A stretch of DNA of 64,000 nt from contig NC_083776.1 of NCBI RefSeq assembly GCF_963514075.1, positions 18,822,415 through 18,886,414 on the forward strand, written 5' to 3'. The notes below the pieces were generated by a model. The model was given only the letters and a program-made list of their open reading frames with translations. It had not been told where the DNA came from and searched no databases. Below are positions 36,551-48,205 of this stretch, piece after piece. The translations under genes and the position numbers were made by a program. The first letter of the stretch is position 1. Every line of letters starts with the position of its first letter. The stretch comes from Conger conger. Lineage: Eukaryota.

Positions 36551-37349
36551 CCCATTACATTCTGTAAATAGTCTCTTGGCTGTCATCTGCTATTTTGCAT
36601 GTGATGCCTTGTAAATTCGGTTGGATTTTCATTTGTTTTATCATTCACACAGCTGAAAAAAAAAACGCTCTGAAAGTGATAAAACAATAGCCGGGGGCAT
36701 GGTCGATTCGGACAAATAAAGGCCAGCCCCCAAATACAAGCCAGGGTAATATTGCCTACCAGTAGAGCTATCAGTCCATGAGCACTAGAAGACATTTTTT
36801 CGATTTAACTCAATGAAATAAAAGAGCTCTTCTTAATATTTTATATTGTTGGTTGGTTTAACACTATTGCCAATGAAAAGTCGTTGTCCTACACCATGGG
36901 TCTCCAACACGTTGCTCTCAAGCTACCAGTCGCTTGCCGCCCCCTTCTGAGTAACTTGCCAAAGGCTGAAGCAGTATACATTTAAACACAATTGTTGCCG
37001 CGAGGCATTCCAGCCTACGAATTTAATAAAAAGTAAATCAGGCAAAATTAAAAATTAACTCAATTTAGGCTACTTGGCTATGCAGTAAGGTTTCCATGTA
37101 TTTACAGCACAGCGCACGTCCAATGAATGAATGAAAGCGGCTGCCTTGGCTCGCAATAAACAGATGAGTGGAAATCCCAACACTCTTTCAACTACATAAA
37201 ACTTAACAGTGAACCTTCAAATACCCCCCAGATTTCAGTGCTCATCAGTCCCAACATTTAGCAATAGAATCAAACAGTCCAAAAGTAAATTTAATCCCAA
37301 ACCAAAGCAAAAATCGTTTGATAGCCTACCGGTAAGCTACTCCAAACGA

Positions 37350-39870
37350 AACGCATGTCCATCCATCCATCCATCCATTGTCACCCGCTTATCCGGAGTC
37401 GGGTTGCGGTGGCAGTAGGCAAAGCCGGGTATTCCAGGCGTCCCTCTCCCCAGCAATGCATTCCAGCTCCTCCTGGGGGATCCAGAGGCGTTCCCAGGCC
37501 AGGAGAGATATATAATCTCTCCAGCGGGCTCTGGGTCTACCTCTGGGTCTGTGCCCAGTTGGACGAGCCCGGAAAACCTCCAAAGGGAGGTGCCCGGGAG
37601 GCATCCTGATCAGATGCCCAAACCACCTCAATTGGCTCCTTTCGACGCGAAGGAGCAGCGGCTCTACTCCCTCCGGATCTCCGAGCTCCTCACCCTATCT
37701 CTAAGGCTGAGCACGGCCACCTTACGGAGGAAGCTCATTTCAGCCGCTTATATACGCGATCTCGTTCTTTCGGTCACTACCCAAAGCTCGTGACCATAGG
37801 TGAGGGTTGGGACGTTAAATCGAGAGCTTCGCCTTCCCGGCTCAGCTCCCTCTTCACCATGACAGTCCGATGCAACGCCCGCATTACTGCTGATGCTGCA
37901 CCGATCTGCCTGTCGATCTCACGCTCCCTTCTACCCTCACTCGTGAATGCCAAGATACTTGAACTCCTTCACTTGGGGCAAAGACTCGTTCCCAACCAGG
38001 AGGGAGCAATCCACCGTTTAACGGCAGAGAACCATGGCCTCGGACTTGGAGGTGCTGACTCTCATCCCGGCCCCTTCACACTCGGCTGCAAACCACTCCA
38101 GTGCGTGCTGAAGGTCACGGTCCGATGAAGCCAGCAGAACCACATCATCCGTAAAAAGCAGAGATGCGATTCTGAGGTCACCAAACCGGACACTCTCCTC
38201 ACCTCGGCTGCGCCTTGAGATCCTGTCCATGAATACCACAAACAGGACCGGTGACAAGGGGCAACCTTGGCAGAGTCCAACACCCACTGGAAACGTGCTT
38301 GACTTTGTGCCGAGAATGCGGACACAGCTCTCACTTTGGTTATACAGGGACCGGATGGCTCGTAACAACGGCCCCGGCGAGTCTTATCCACACCCGGCGA
38401 CTTACCACTGAGGAGCTTTTTGACTACCTCAGCAACTTCCGCCAGGGATATAGGTGCAGATTCCCCCGAGTCTTCGGGCTCTGCCTCTTCCACAGAGGAT
38501 GTGTTGTTTGGGTTCAGGAGCTCCTCAAAGTCCTCTTTCCACCGCCCGACAATATCCCCAGTCTGGGTCAGCAGTTCACCTCCCCTGCTGAAAACAGCCT
38601 GAGACAAGCCCTGCTTTCCCTTTCTGAGTCGTCGGATGGTTTGCCAGAACTTCCTCGAGGCCAACCGAAAGTCCTTCTCCATAGCCTCCCTGAACTCCTC
38701 CCATACCCGGGTTTTTGCTTCAGCGACTGCCAAAGCTGCAGCCCTTCTGGCCACCCGGTACCTGTCTGCTGCTTCAGGGGACCCCCGGGCCAGCAAAGCC
38801 CGAAAGGCCTCCTTCTTCAGTTTGATGGCCTTCCTCACCGCTGGTGTCCACCAGCGGGTTCTTGGGTTGCCGCCCCGACAGGCACCTTCTGGCCACAGCT
38901 CCTACTTGCCGCCTCTGCAATGGAGGCTTTGAACATGGCCCACTCGGACTCCATGTCCCCAGCTTCCCCCGGGATGCGTGAGAAGTTCCTCCGGAGGTGG
39001 GAGTTGAAGACCTCACGAACAGGGGCCTCCGCCAGACGTTCCCAGTTCACCCTCACTACACGTTTGGGTTTACCGGGTCTGTCCAGCAGCCTCCCCGGCC
39101 ACTTGATCCAACTCACCACCAGGTGGTGATCAGTTGACAGCTCTGCTCCTCTCTTCACCCGAGTGTCCAAGTACCAAGTACACTTGTGAGCTACCCTATG
39201 CTTGAACATGGTGTTTGTTATCAACAATCCATGACCAGCACAGAAGTCCAATAACAAGACACCACTCGGGTTCAGATCAGGCAGGCCAGTCCTCCCAATC
39301 ACCCCCCTCCAGGTTTCTCCGTCATTGCCCACGTGAGCGTTGAAGTCGCCCAGCAGAACTATGGAGTCTCCGGGTGGCACCCTTTCCAGGATGCCGCCCA
39401 GTGACTCCAAGAAGGCCGGATACTCTGAACTGCCATTTGGTGCATAAGCACAAATGACAGTCAGAGCTTTCCCCCCAGCGACACGTAGTCGCAGAGAGGC
39501 GACCCTCTCGTTCCCCGGGTGGAACTCAGTGGCGCTCAGCCGGTGGCTTGTGAGTATCCCCACACCCGCCCGGCGCCTCTCACCTTGAGCAACTCCAGAA
39601 AAGAACAGAGTTCAGTCCCTCTCCAGGAGGTTCCGGAACCAGTACTGTGCATGGAGGTGAGCCCAACTATATCTAGTTGGTACCGCTCCGCCTCCCACAC
39701 TAGCTCCGGTTCCTTCCCCACCAGAGAGGTGACGTTGCACGTCCCCAGAACCAGTCTGCGACGCCGAGGATCAGCAAGACTCCGATGCCAACCCCTGCAT
39801 GTGGTGAGCCCACAGGGCAGCGATCCCACGTGACCAGTTCGGGCTGCGGTGTTTGAGAATATTTGCAATA
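37350..39870 (-). mobile_element. Degraded non-LTR retrotransposon (LINE) fragment with APE endonuclease and RT domains split by frameshifts. The 3' tail reads '...ccggataagcgggtgacaatggatggatggatgg' on the minus strand.
   Basis: Minus-strand ORFs: 38835-39563 (APE endonuclease, 'VICAYAPN...[12 protein letters not shown]') and 38062-38838 plus 38018-38368 (RT, 'CQGCPLSPVLFVVFMDRISRRS...LLFTDDVVLLASS'). Confidence 0.8.
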
Positions 39871-40127
39871 AACTAAGTCTGTTAAGACTGACACTATGAC
39901 TTCCTGATTAGCCTACACTAATTGATTTCTGAACGGTTACAGGAAGTGTTGAACAGTGTTGGCCCACTTTAAGTGTAGCCTTTTACTTTATTTCTAAGAA
40001 TAAAATTCTACAACAGAAGCCTAATAAGAAATAAAGGCCTGCCTCGAATACAAGCCTGCCCCAAATAAAGGCCTGTGCTTTGTGCAGCCTAAGTAAATAA
40101 AAGACCCCGGCCACAATTTGAGGATTT

Positions 40128-40128
40128 A

Positions 40129-40192
<64 letters not shown>
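40128..40192. repeat. (AT)n microsatellite, about 32 copies.
   Basis: Direct reading. Confidence 0.98.
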
Positions 40193-40194
<2 letters not shown>

Positions 40195-40455
40195 TATATA
40201 GTACTATAGCTATGGGGTTCTAGAAGACTGACTTTCCTTCTGAAAAAAACAGCTCAACTAGGTTTTACAGCTGGTAGCTTGTATTTCAAACTGGTCATCG
40301 CTGGGTTTTGACTGAATTTTGAAAAAACGAATTCCAAAATACCTAGTCTACACAGTTCTTTAGTGTCCAAGAGGAAAATTTGGATTTCAGTTGGATTCAG
40401 TCTTTTACTCCAGTGTCTGTGGCACTATCCATATTTTGTTCTTTTTATTTTTCAG

Positions 40456-40553
40456 CCCAACTGCCAATCGGCACATGCTAAGAGCCCTGGCCCAGGCAGG
40501 AGGCGGAGCCTACAAATTCTTTGACACCAAGACCAAACACACCTGGGTGGAAA
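40456..40553 (+). CDS. parp4: parp4 VWA exon.
   Basis: Acceptor 'tttattttcag|', donor 'gaaaag|gttaga'. 'SPTANRHMLRALAQAGGGAYKFFDTKTKHTWVEK' matches human 'STANRHVLRILSQCGAGVFEYFNAKSKHSWRKQ'. Confidence 0.9.
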
Positions 40554-40984
40554 AGGTTAGACTCTTCATACAAAAATACTGACAGTGAAACTGCTGCTGT
40601 CAAACACTTGGAATTGAGTAAACAATAAGCTCCAACCTAAGCACACGTTATGGTGCCTAAGAAGAATTGGGCCTGCATGTAGGATTTAGACTTAGGTGAA
40701 ATAGGTGGTATATCAAGATCGTCCTACCGATCACAGATTAAGTAATACAGATTCTGTGGTCTCTAGGCTGACAGATGTCATATCTGACAGATTCAAAGCT
40801 ATGTGCTTCACTCTGGTTTAATTGGTCTGGTTCTTTGTCACAAACCAAAAACAGCATGATCATGTCAGTGCAAGAGGCCATCCCCCTTTTCGATAACTGC
40901 ATGGAAAGCAGAAATATGCATGGAATTCACCCGATAAACAATAAACGTGCTGGTGGCAGTCAAGCGGTGCCTATTTTTCGGCAG

Positions 40985-41158
40985 GTCTCGTCACAAACCA
41001 AGCGCATGGCTGGCCCCGGCTGCAGCTCGGTGTCCGTGAAGTGGCAGCAGTTTAACCCCCCCGGTGCACCCCCACCCCTTCAGGCCCCCGCCCAACTGAG
41101 CGCGCTCTTCAGTGATTGCCCCACCCTCGTCTATGGCTTTGTGCCCCACTGCACCCAG
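40985..41158 (+). CDS. parp4: parp4 exon.
   Basis: Acceptor 'tttcggcag|', donor 'acccag|gtaacc'. 'VSSQTKRMAGPGCSSVSVKWQQFNPPGAPPPLQAPAQLSALFSDCPTLVYGFVPHCTQ' matches human 'IEDQMTRLCSPSCHSVSVKWQQLNPDAPEALQAPAQVPSLFLNDRLLVYGFIPHCTQ'. Confidence 0.95.
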
Positions 41159-41551
41159 GTAACCACCCCCCACCTCCAGGACACCTCTGTTCCTCTGACC
41201 TCTGTCCCTCTCACCGAGACCCTCCACAGGGGTGGCACCCATTCCAACCTTTCACAAATGAATTCCCTCCTCCCTGGTTGGAGGTGTGTCAATTAGTGAA
41301 ATCGGCTGGTGTTGCAGTTGGTTGGAATGAAAAACTTTTTCATTATGCCACTTTTGCCAAATGCCAAAATTATCTTTAGATGCTTTTGTTTTGATTGTGG
41401 TACAGTCTATTGCCATTCATCCTGTCTTTACTGTTAGTCTGACAGTTTTAGGTGGGAAAGATTTTCAGGATGATTAAATCGTCCGCCAAATAAATGCATG
41501 CAAACGCGAGGAAGGGTAACCCAGCAACAAGCTTCTGTTCCCTCCACCAAG

Positions 41552-41632
41552 GCCACGCTGCAGGGCAAGCTGAGTGAGCAGGAGCTGGAGTCGGTGGTGT
41601 CCACCTCTGAGCTGCAGAAGACCAAGGGCATG
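41552..41632 (+). CDS. parp4: parp4 exon.
   Basis: Acceptor 'cctccaccaag|', donor 'ggcatg|gtaaga'. 'ATLQGKLSEQELESVVSTSELQKTKGM' matches human 'ATLCALIQEKEFRTMVSTTELQKTTGTM'. Confidence 0.85.
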
Positions 41633-42467
41633 GTAAGACATGGGAAAGGCTCATCCCACCCGTGGCTGCCTCTGATCGCTTCAGGTTGTTACGGTCCCTG
41701 CTAAAAAAGGCCATGAACATGAAGAGGTCAAGCAAGGAATGGGATTGGTTACCAATGAGTTTGTAGGTATGGAGTATGAAAAGTGTGAAGTATGAAAAAT
41801 GTAAAGGGAAAACCATGGTTGTTGGCCAGACACTGCTCTCCTGGTAGAGAGAGAGTCAGAGTGGTGTGGAGGACAGGCTCTTTCATAGAGCCTCCACCAG
41901 CTCATAAGGACATCTGAAACCTGAAACTAATCAGATGGCGTTAAACAAGCCTGTCGAAGACACAACAAGGGACTTTTTTCCAATTCTCCTCATTTCCTTC
42001 CCATGCCACGTTTCCTTGTTCCTAGCTCCATGTGTTGAAGAGGGCAAGGAAAGGAAGCGAGGATGGAGGAATCTAGAAATTGTGAATTAGGTCAAATGGA
42101 ATGTCCTTGCTCTACTAACCATCAGTTTGAAGCCACGTCAGTCGCAGACGTGGAAGATAGGGCGAGGCGGATCCACAGGTAAATAATTTATACGTCACAG
42201 TCCAAAAAAATACTTCTGCAAAGGATACACTCGTGTCGTGTTTCTTTGGGAGCCTCCTAGCACCTTCGAGGAACATTCAACGGAATATCTGTAAAGCTGG
42301 CTCAATCATTTTCCAGCTCAGGCCAGGAAGGCAGAAACAAGGAGGGATAAAATAAGTGACTGGAATGAGGCCACGGTTTACCCAGGGCAGCCTTGCTGTG
42401 GCTGTGTCCAATATGGAGGCCAGTGCTGCTGCATACATATGTGTGTATCCTACCCTCTATTCTCCAG

Positions 42468-42547
42468 CTCCTGCACAAGTTGACTGCTAGAGCGGTCATC
42501 AGAGACTACGAGGACGGCAGCCTGCATGCGGACGAGGCGGAGCATGA
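42468..42547 (+). CDS. parp4: parp4 exon.
   Basis: Acceptor 'ctattctccag|', donor 'catgag|gtgggt'. 'LLHKLTARAVIRDYEDGSLHADEAEHE' matches human 'IHKLAARALIRDYEDGILHENETSHE'. Confidence 0.9.
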
Positions 42548-42960
42548 GGTGGGTGCCAGGGGTCCGTGCGTTTTAGGTCCGCTGGGTTGGGAATTTAGCG
42601 AGGACACCCACTCTTTGCAAAGAGTGTCATGGGATCTTTAATGACCAGTGTCAGGACCTTGGTTTAACATCTCATCTGAAAGACGGCATCTCCTATAGCA
42701 CAGTGTCCCCATCACTGCACTGGGGCATTGCGGGTAATTTGACTATTGGGAAGATCGCCCCGTATTGGCCCACTGACATCACTAACAGCAGCAACTTAGT
42801 TTTCACAAGAGGTCTCCCATCCAAGTACTAACCAAGCCCACACCCGCTTAGCTTCAGCCATTTGGTAGGAGCAGGGTGCATGATGGTAAATCTGTAAATC
42901 TGCCAGACCGGCCAGGTTCTCTGGGCCTGTGCTCATTCTGCGGCTGCTTCATGTTCCCAG

Positions 42961-43056
42961 GGAAAGAAGGAGGAGCTGAAGTCTTTTGTCATCAAGCTGA
43001 GCAAGGAGTACTCTATCGTGACCCAGTACACCAGCTTCGTGGCCATAGAGGAGAGG
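42961..43056 (+). CDS. parp4: parp4 exon.
   Basis: Acceptor 'catgttcccag|', donor 'gagagg|gtaggt'. 'GKKEELKSFVIKLSKEYSIVTQYTSFVAIEER' matches human 'KKQTLKSLIIKLSKENSLITQFTSFVAVEKR'. Confidence 0.9.
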
Positions 43057-43931
43057 GTAGGTGTGGGAGCTATAGCAAATTAATAAATTAATATGCATAA
43101 CAACTGCATAAGAAAAACATATGCTTAAGAAATGCGTAACGTATGCATAGCAAATGAATAATAAATACATATTCATAATATGCTTTTATTGTGTTGCTGA
43201 CACAAGCTTATCAACATAGATGGCATAGGTAGCCTCTTAACTCATGAGACTAAATTAGATTTAATCATCCACAGCAAAACATTCATGCAAGTCTTTTTAT
43301 CTTTACTGTACTGGACTCGGGTGAATAAACCCAGTCTCATGAGTTCGCATAGTAGGAACTATAAAAACCACATTATCACTGTTACCACAGCTACGATGTG
43401 CTGTGCGCAATGCTTAATTGCGCTCTGTCGTACGTTTTACTTAGACTGTAGGGTTCTCTCTCTGGGTGATTCAGTCAGCTGCATGGCCAGCCAGCAAAAT
43501 GAAATGAAATTCACTGCTTTTACAAATCAAAGATGGGACATTGGTTGTGATGTGTTCAGAGGTAATCAGTATATTTGGATTACATATGAACATAACACAA
43601 TATTTTTGACTGGTAGTTGTTTCTTAGTTGGCTCTTGGGCTTGGAAAGTTTGGAAATTCTTCTGGAGAGATTAAGATGATGCAATCAAAATATAGTGGGT
43701 AGCACCATTGCCTCACAGCATGAAGGTCCTGGGTTCACCTCCAGTACTCCTGGCTTGCCTTGACTGAGGCAGTGGAGTTGGTGCCCGGGAACTGCACTGT
43801 GGCTGCCCACGGCTCCTAAGTAACTAGGATTGGCCAAATGCAGAGGACGTTTAGAAAGCATTGATTGTCTTAGAAGGCAATGACAATGAATCTAACTGAA
43901 TCAAATGGCATCTCTCTCTTTTTGACCACAG

Positions 43932-44102
43932 GACTCAGGGAGTCCAGAAGCTGGTTTCACAGACATTCCCAAGTTGCTCGCAGAGGAGGATGTGGACGTT
44001 CTGTCCTACATGGGCTGGGAGGGAGAGCAGGACACAGGAGAAGCAATGGAGGAGGAAGAATATACGCCAATGCGTCGCATGGTGGTTATCAGAGGCTTAA
44101 AG
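43932..44102 (+). CDS. parp4: parp4 exon (acidic linker). This is the parent of the downstream duplicated mini-exons.
   Basis: Acceptor 'tttgaccacag|', donor 'cttaaag|gtaatgcacac'. 'DSGSPEAGFTDIPKLLAEEDVDVLSYMGWEGEQDTGEAMEEEEYTPMRRMVVIRGLK' matches human 'DENESPFPDIPKVSELIAKEDVDFLPYMSWQGE'. Confidence 0.85.
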
Positions 44103-44438
44103 GTAATGCACACTTACCCTGAGAATACACAAATTTACGCACACTCACACCCTCCAAAATATTAGTGCCCATGATAAAGGCTTATTTTTCAGAACTCAAT
44201 CATAAAGTGCTAAGTTGCCTTCATAATGTTTCATGAGATAGGTGAACAACAGGGAGACAATCGTTGACGATTTCTCCAACAGAAACTTTCAAGATCCATA
44301 CATGTGAACTGTCTGGAGATGGAGATGTCGATTGCAATCTTGTAGTTTTGTCGCCATTTAACCATTTCTAGGCATTTTCACAATAATGCGGTAAAAACCA
44401 TGTGATGCATATGGGACTTTTTGCTCATCTTTATCAAG

Positions 44439-44549
44439 GGTATTGACACAGACACTGGCTCGGAGAGTGACCGGGATACGGGAGACACAACAAAGGATGA
44501 AGAAGATGAGACATCATATGACATGGCTGGGGTTATGTGTGGTTTAATG
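44439..44549 (+). CDS. parp4: Candidate extra parp4 cassette exon. It is a duplicate of the 3' part of the preceding exon (111 nt, phase 0 to 0) and encodes GIDTDTGSESDRDTGDTTKDEEDETSYDMAGVMCGLM.
   Basis: Acceptor 'ctttttgctcatctttatcaag|ggt' with a good pyrimidine tract; the donor 'ttaatg|gtaatgcacac' is identical to the parent exon donor. The ORF is open and the frame is compatible with the flanking phase-0 exons. Homology is to the parent exon only, since human PARP4 has no such exon, so usage is unproven. Confidence 0.4.
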
Positions 44550-44682
44550 GTAATGCACACCTGCCCAGAGAATACACAAACTCACACACACTCGCGCCCT
44601 CCAAAATTATTGGTGCCCACGATAAAGGTAATCAAAGTAAGGTTGTATAAACTAAACAACATAGGTAATAGGTTATATTCCA

Positions 44683-44995
44683 TCCATGCATTATCTAACC
44701 TGCTTATTCCTGATCAGGGACACTGGGGGTGCATTGGGCGAGAGGCAGGAAAACACCCTGGACAGACCGCCAATCCATCGCAGGGCACACACACCATTCA
44801 CTCACACACTCACACCTAGGGGAAATTTAGACTCTCCGATTAACCTAACCTGCGTGTCATTGGACTGTGGGAGGAAACCCACAGGGACATGGAGAAAACA
44901 TGCAAACTCCACACAGAAAGGCCCAGGCCGGGATCCAAACCCGGGGCCTTCTTGCAGTGAGGTGACCGTGTTAATCTACTGTGCCACCCTAAGGT
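44683..44995 (-). mobile_element. SINE family A-related copy (minus orientation) inside the parp4 tandem-duplicated segment.
   Basis: The reverse complement shows the same core and a tail 'ggataagcaggttagataatgcatggatgg'. The copy at 45546-45858 is nearly identical, so the SINE inserted before the segment was duplicated. Confidence 0.75.
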
Positions 44996-45301
44996 TATAT
45001 TGTATCCTCAAAAAATATATAATTACTCAGAGAAAACTTGGTATATGAAATATTGGCTGTTTTCAGTACTGTTTCAGAACTCAATCGTAAAACTGCTAAG
45101 TTGTCCTTATAATATTTGATGAGATAGGTGAACAACAGGGGGAAAATCGTTGATGATTTCTCCAACAGAAACTTTCAAGATCTGGAGATGTCGATTGCAA
45201 TCCCGTAGTTTTGTGGGCATTCAACCATTTCTAGGCATTTTCACAATCATGCGTTAAAAACCATGTGATGCATTTGGGACTTTTTGCTCATCTTTATCAA
45301 G

Positions 45302-45412
45302 GGTATTGACACAGACACTGGCTCGGAGAGCGACCGGGATACGGGAGACACAACAGAGGATGAAGAAGATGAGACATCATATGACATGGCTGGGGTTATG
45401 TGTGGTTTAATG
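45302..45412 (+). CDS. parp4: Second copy of the candidate parp4 cassette mini-exon (111 nt, one K-to-E difference from the first copy).
   Basis: The acceptor 'ctttttgctcatctttatcaag|ggt' and donor 'ttaatg|gtaatgtacac' match the first copy. The ORF is open and intact (GIDTDTGSESDRDTGDTTEDEEDETSYDMAGVMCGLM). Confidence 0.35.
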
Positions 45413-45545
45413 GTAATGTACACCTGCCCAGAGAATACACAAACTCACACACACTCACGCCCTCCAAAATGATTGGTGCCCATGATAAAGGTAATCAAAG
45501 TAAGGTTGTATAAACTAAACAACATAGGTAATAGGTTATATTCCA

Positions 45546-45858
45546 TCCATGCATTATCTAACCTGCTTATTCCTGATCAGGGACACTGGGGGTGCATTGG
45601 GCGAGAGGCAGGAAAACACCCTGGACAGACCGCCAATCCATCGCAGGGCACACACACCATTCACTCACACACTCACACCTAGGGGAAATTTAGACTCTCC
45701 GATTAACCTAACCTGCGTGTCATTGGACTGTGGGAGGAAACCCACGCGGACACGGAGAAAACGTGCAAACTCCACACAGAAAGGCCCAGGCCGGGATCCA
45801 AACCCGGGGCCTTCTTGCAGTGAGGTGACCGTGTTAATCTACTGTGCTGCCCTAAGGT
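45546..45858 (-). mobile_element. SINE family A-related copy (a duplicate of 44683-44995).
   Basis: Near-identical to the preceding copy, including its flanks. Confidence 0.75.
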
Positions 45859-46196
45859 TATATTGTATGCTTGGTATATGAAATATTGGCTGTTTTCAGT
45901 ACTGTTTCAGAACTCAATCGTAAAACTGCGTAAAAAAAAGTTGATGTCAATTGCAATCCTGTAGTTTAGTGGGCATTTAACCATTTCTAGGCATTTTCAG
46001 AATCATGCAGAAAAATCTATGTAACTTTTTGCTCATCTTTATCGAAGGTATACACAGTATACGATTATTGGGTGATGGGCCTCGATGGGCTGAATGGGCC
46101 AAATGCAGAGGAAATTTAGAAGGCATTGATTGTCTTAGAAGGCAGTGACAATTAATCTAATTGAATAAAATGGCATCTCTCTCTTTCTGGCCACAG

Positions 46197-47227
46197 GACG
46201 CAGAAGTATGTTCCTGGGCCAGGGAGGTCGCTCTTGACAGTGGCGTCTCACATCACTCAGCTGGCCATTCGCCACTAGCCAGACGCTCACACCTGCAACC
46301 ACCTGAATTACAGGGAGAAGTTGAATGTGACTCAGTACCCATTTTGGAAAAACGACCCAGAACTTCTTCTTTTGCTCCTCCTCTTCCACTTTCCGCTGTT
46401 CCTCATCCTCCTCCACATTATGCTCCTGCTCCTTGTCCTACTCTACATTATGCTGTTTCTCCTTTTGCTCCTCCTGCTGCTGCTGCTCCTCCTGCTGCTC
46501 CTCCTCCTGCTGCTTTGTCTCTTTCATCTGCTGCTTATAATCCTGTGAAACTACTGTTGTGTCAGCACGATATGCAGGACATCCCTGATGGTTCACCTCC
46601 CTGCTCTCTCATGGAGAAGCTTCCTGTGATCAGCTATTCTCCTCTTGCTCCTTCTGCTCCTCTACCTTATGCTGCTGCTGTTGTTCCTCCTCTTCCATCT
46701 CCTAAATTCCAAGTCAGGCGGGTAAAGAAAAAATTAGCCATCACTGCTGCTTCTCCTTCTTCTCCTGTTTCTCCTTATTCTCCTTCTTCATGTTTCTCTC
46801 GCAGCCCTCTCCTCCGTGAAAGGTCTGCTATGAGTCATTCTTTTCCTGCCCCTCCCCCTCCTCACCCAGCCACATTAGCCAATGAAATACCACAGAAATA
46901 CCACAGCATTCACCTCGAAGCTCCACCCTCTGACTCAACCTTTTCCAGCCTCTCAAATCAAATAGGCTCTTCAAGGCATTTAGGGCCCATGTGTGGCCCG
47001 GAAATACAAAATGAGTTATTTGGTGCTACTGGGTTTTCTTTTCATACAGCAACAGAATCTTTTTCTAAAGGCTTGGTGATTTTGGATGCACCTGGGCAGG
47101 TGCCTCCATTGCAGTTTGACAGAAAAGCAGGTCGTCCCCGTCAAGGGTCCTTATTCTCTACATCACCTGCCAATATAGATCCTAAGGCTATCCAAATGAG
47201 AGAAGAAATCACAACATTTTTTCCCAG
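46197..47227 (+). CDS. parp4: Large parp4 exon encoding the Pro/Ser/Ala-rich low-complexity linker.
   Basis: Acceptor 'ttctggccacag|gac', donor 'tcccag|gtaatt'. The 343-codon ORF (proline-rich '...PPLPLSAVPHPPPHYAPAPCPTLHYAVSPFAPPAAAAPP...') corresponds to the single large Pro-rich exon of human PARP4 (residues about 1250-1560). The phase is consistent with its neighbours. Confidence 0.85.
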
Positions 47228-47344
47228 GTAATTAAACCTTTCATATTTTCTCATTACTTTTGGAAGAGTGTATTTTATATGGACTATTTCTCCATGTGCG
47301 CTCATGGGCTTATATGGTGTGCATCCTATGTGTGTGACTTACAG

Positions 47345-47423
47345 TTCATTCAGCCACGAAACTTGTAGTGTGGACAGGCCACTTCAGATGTCATGGGCAA
47401 GTCTGTTTGACCTGCAACATCAG
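47345..47423 (+). CDS. parp4: parp4 small exon.
   Basis: Acceptor 'gtgacttacag|', donor 'catcag|gtgcgg'. Phase 2 in, phase 0 out. 'SSFSHETCSVDRPLQMSWASLFDLQHQ' matches human 'EIVCTQHWQDAVPWTELLSLQTE'. Confidence 0.8.
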
Positions 47424-47556
47424 GTGCGGCCACACACTGTCCCCTTCGTAGGAAACAATTTTCTGAAATGTTAATCAGGTCGCTACTCAGTGAGTAAGCT
47501 GTATTTTAGGACAGGTCCAGAGAGTGAATAATGTTGTATTGAATGTTGTTGATTAG

Positions 47557-47659
47557 GACGGTTACTGGGAATGCTCTGAGAAGCTGGGCTCCTTTCTTGG
47601 TCTGGATTTAACCTTCTTTGCCAATGTCTTCCTGAAAGAAAAGGGAATCGCCTCTCTGG
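47557..47659 (+). CDS. parp4: parp4 C-terminal region exon.
   Basis: Acceptor 'gttgttgattag|', donor 'tctctgg|gtaaga'. 'DGYWECSEKLGSFLGLDLTFFANVFLKEKGIASL' matches human 'DGFWKLTPELGLILNLNTNGLHSFLKQKGIQSL'. Confidence 0.9.
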
Positions 47660-47963
47660 GTAAGAGCAATGCGTAATAGAGGTTCTACTGGACCAAGTCA
47701 ATGAGTAGTGTTCAGCCAAATTTAAGCTTTTTCAATGTGGAACATGCAATGTGAGCTCCACTATTTTTGCAACAGATGTAGTGAAACCTAGACTTCACTT
47801 CCAGGTTCTCACATCTAGACAGGAAATACTTGTAGCTAAAAATTGGAGTAATTTGATATTTTTTCATTTTCTGATGATACCGTCTTTACTACATTTACCA
47901 CAAAACAGCAATGCTATACAAAGATATTTAATATTTAAAAAGACTGTGCCACTCTGAGCTAAC

Positions 47964-48205
47964 ATGGGCGGCCTGTAGCGTAGTGGTTAAGGTAAATGAC
48001 TGGGACACGCAAGGTTGATGGTTCTAATCCCGGTGTAGCCACAATAAGATCCGCACAGCCGTTGGGCCCTTGAGCAAGGCCCTTAACCCTGCATTGCTCC
48101 AGGGGAGGATTGTCTCCTACTTAGTCAAATCAACTGTATGTCGCTCTGGATGAGCGTTTGCCAAATGCCAATAATGTAATGTAATGTAATGTAATGTAAC
48201 ATATA
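47964..48205 (+). mobile_element. tRNA-derived SINE (family B). Its 3' tail '...gtcgctctggatgagcgtttgccaaatgccaataatgtaatgtaatg' is shared with the LINE at 20070-21965.
   Basis: tRNA-like head 'ggcggcctgtagcgtagtggttaaggt...ggttctaatccc'. Other copies and fragments lie at 58784-58968, 16433-16498 plus 17952-18075, and as tail fragments at 18590-18672, 14690-14760, 17330-17410 and 27290-27360. Confidence 0.8.

Noticed and set aside
46321-46548. ORF of 75 aa that is poly-Leu (LLLLL...)
   Set aside because: It is an alternate frame of the Pro/Ala-rich parp4 exon (the CTCCTGCTGCT repeats). The correct frame is the Pro-rich one, which has homology and phase support.
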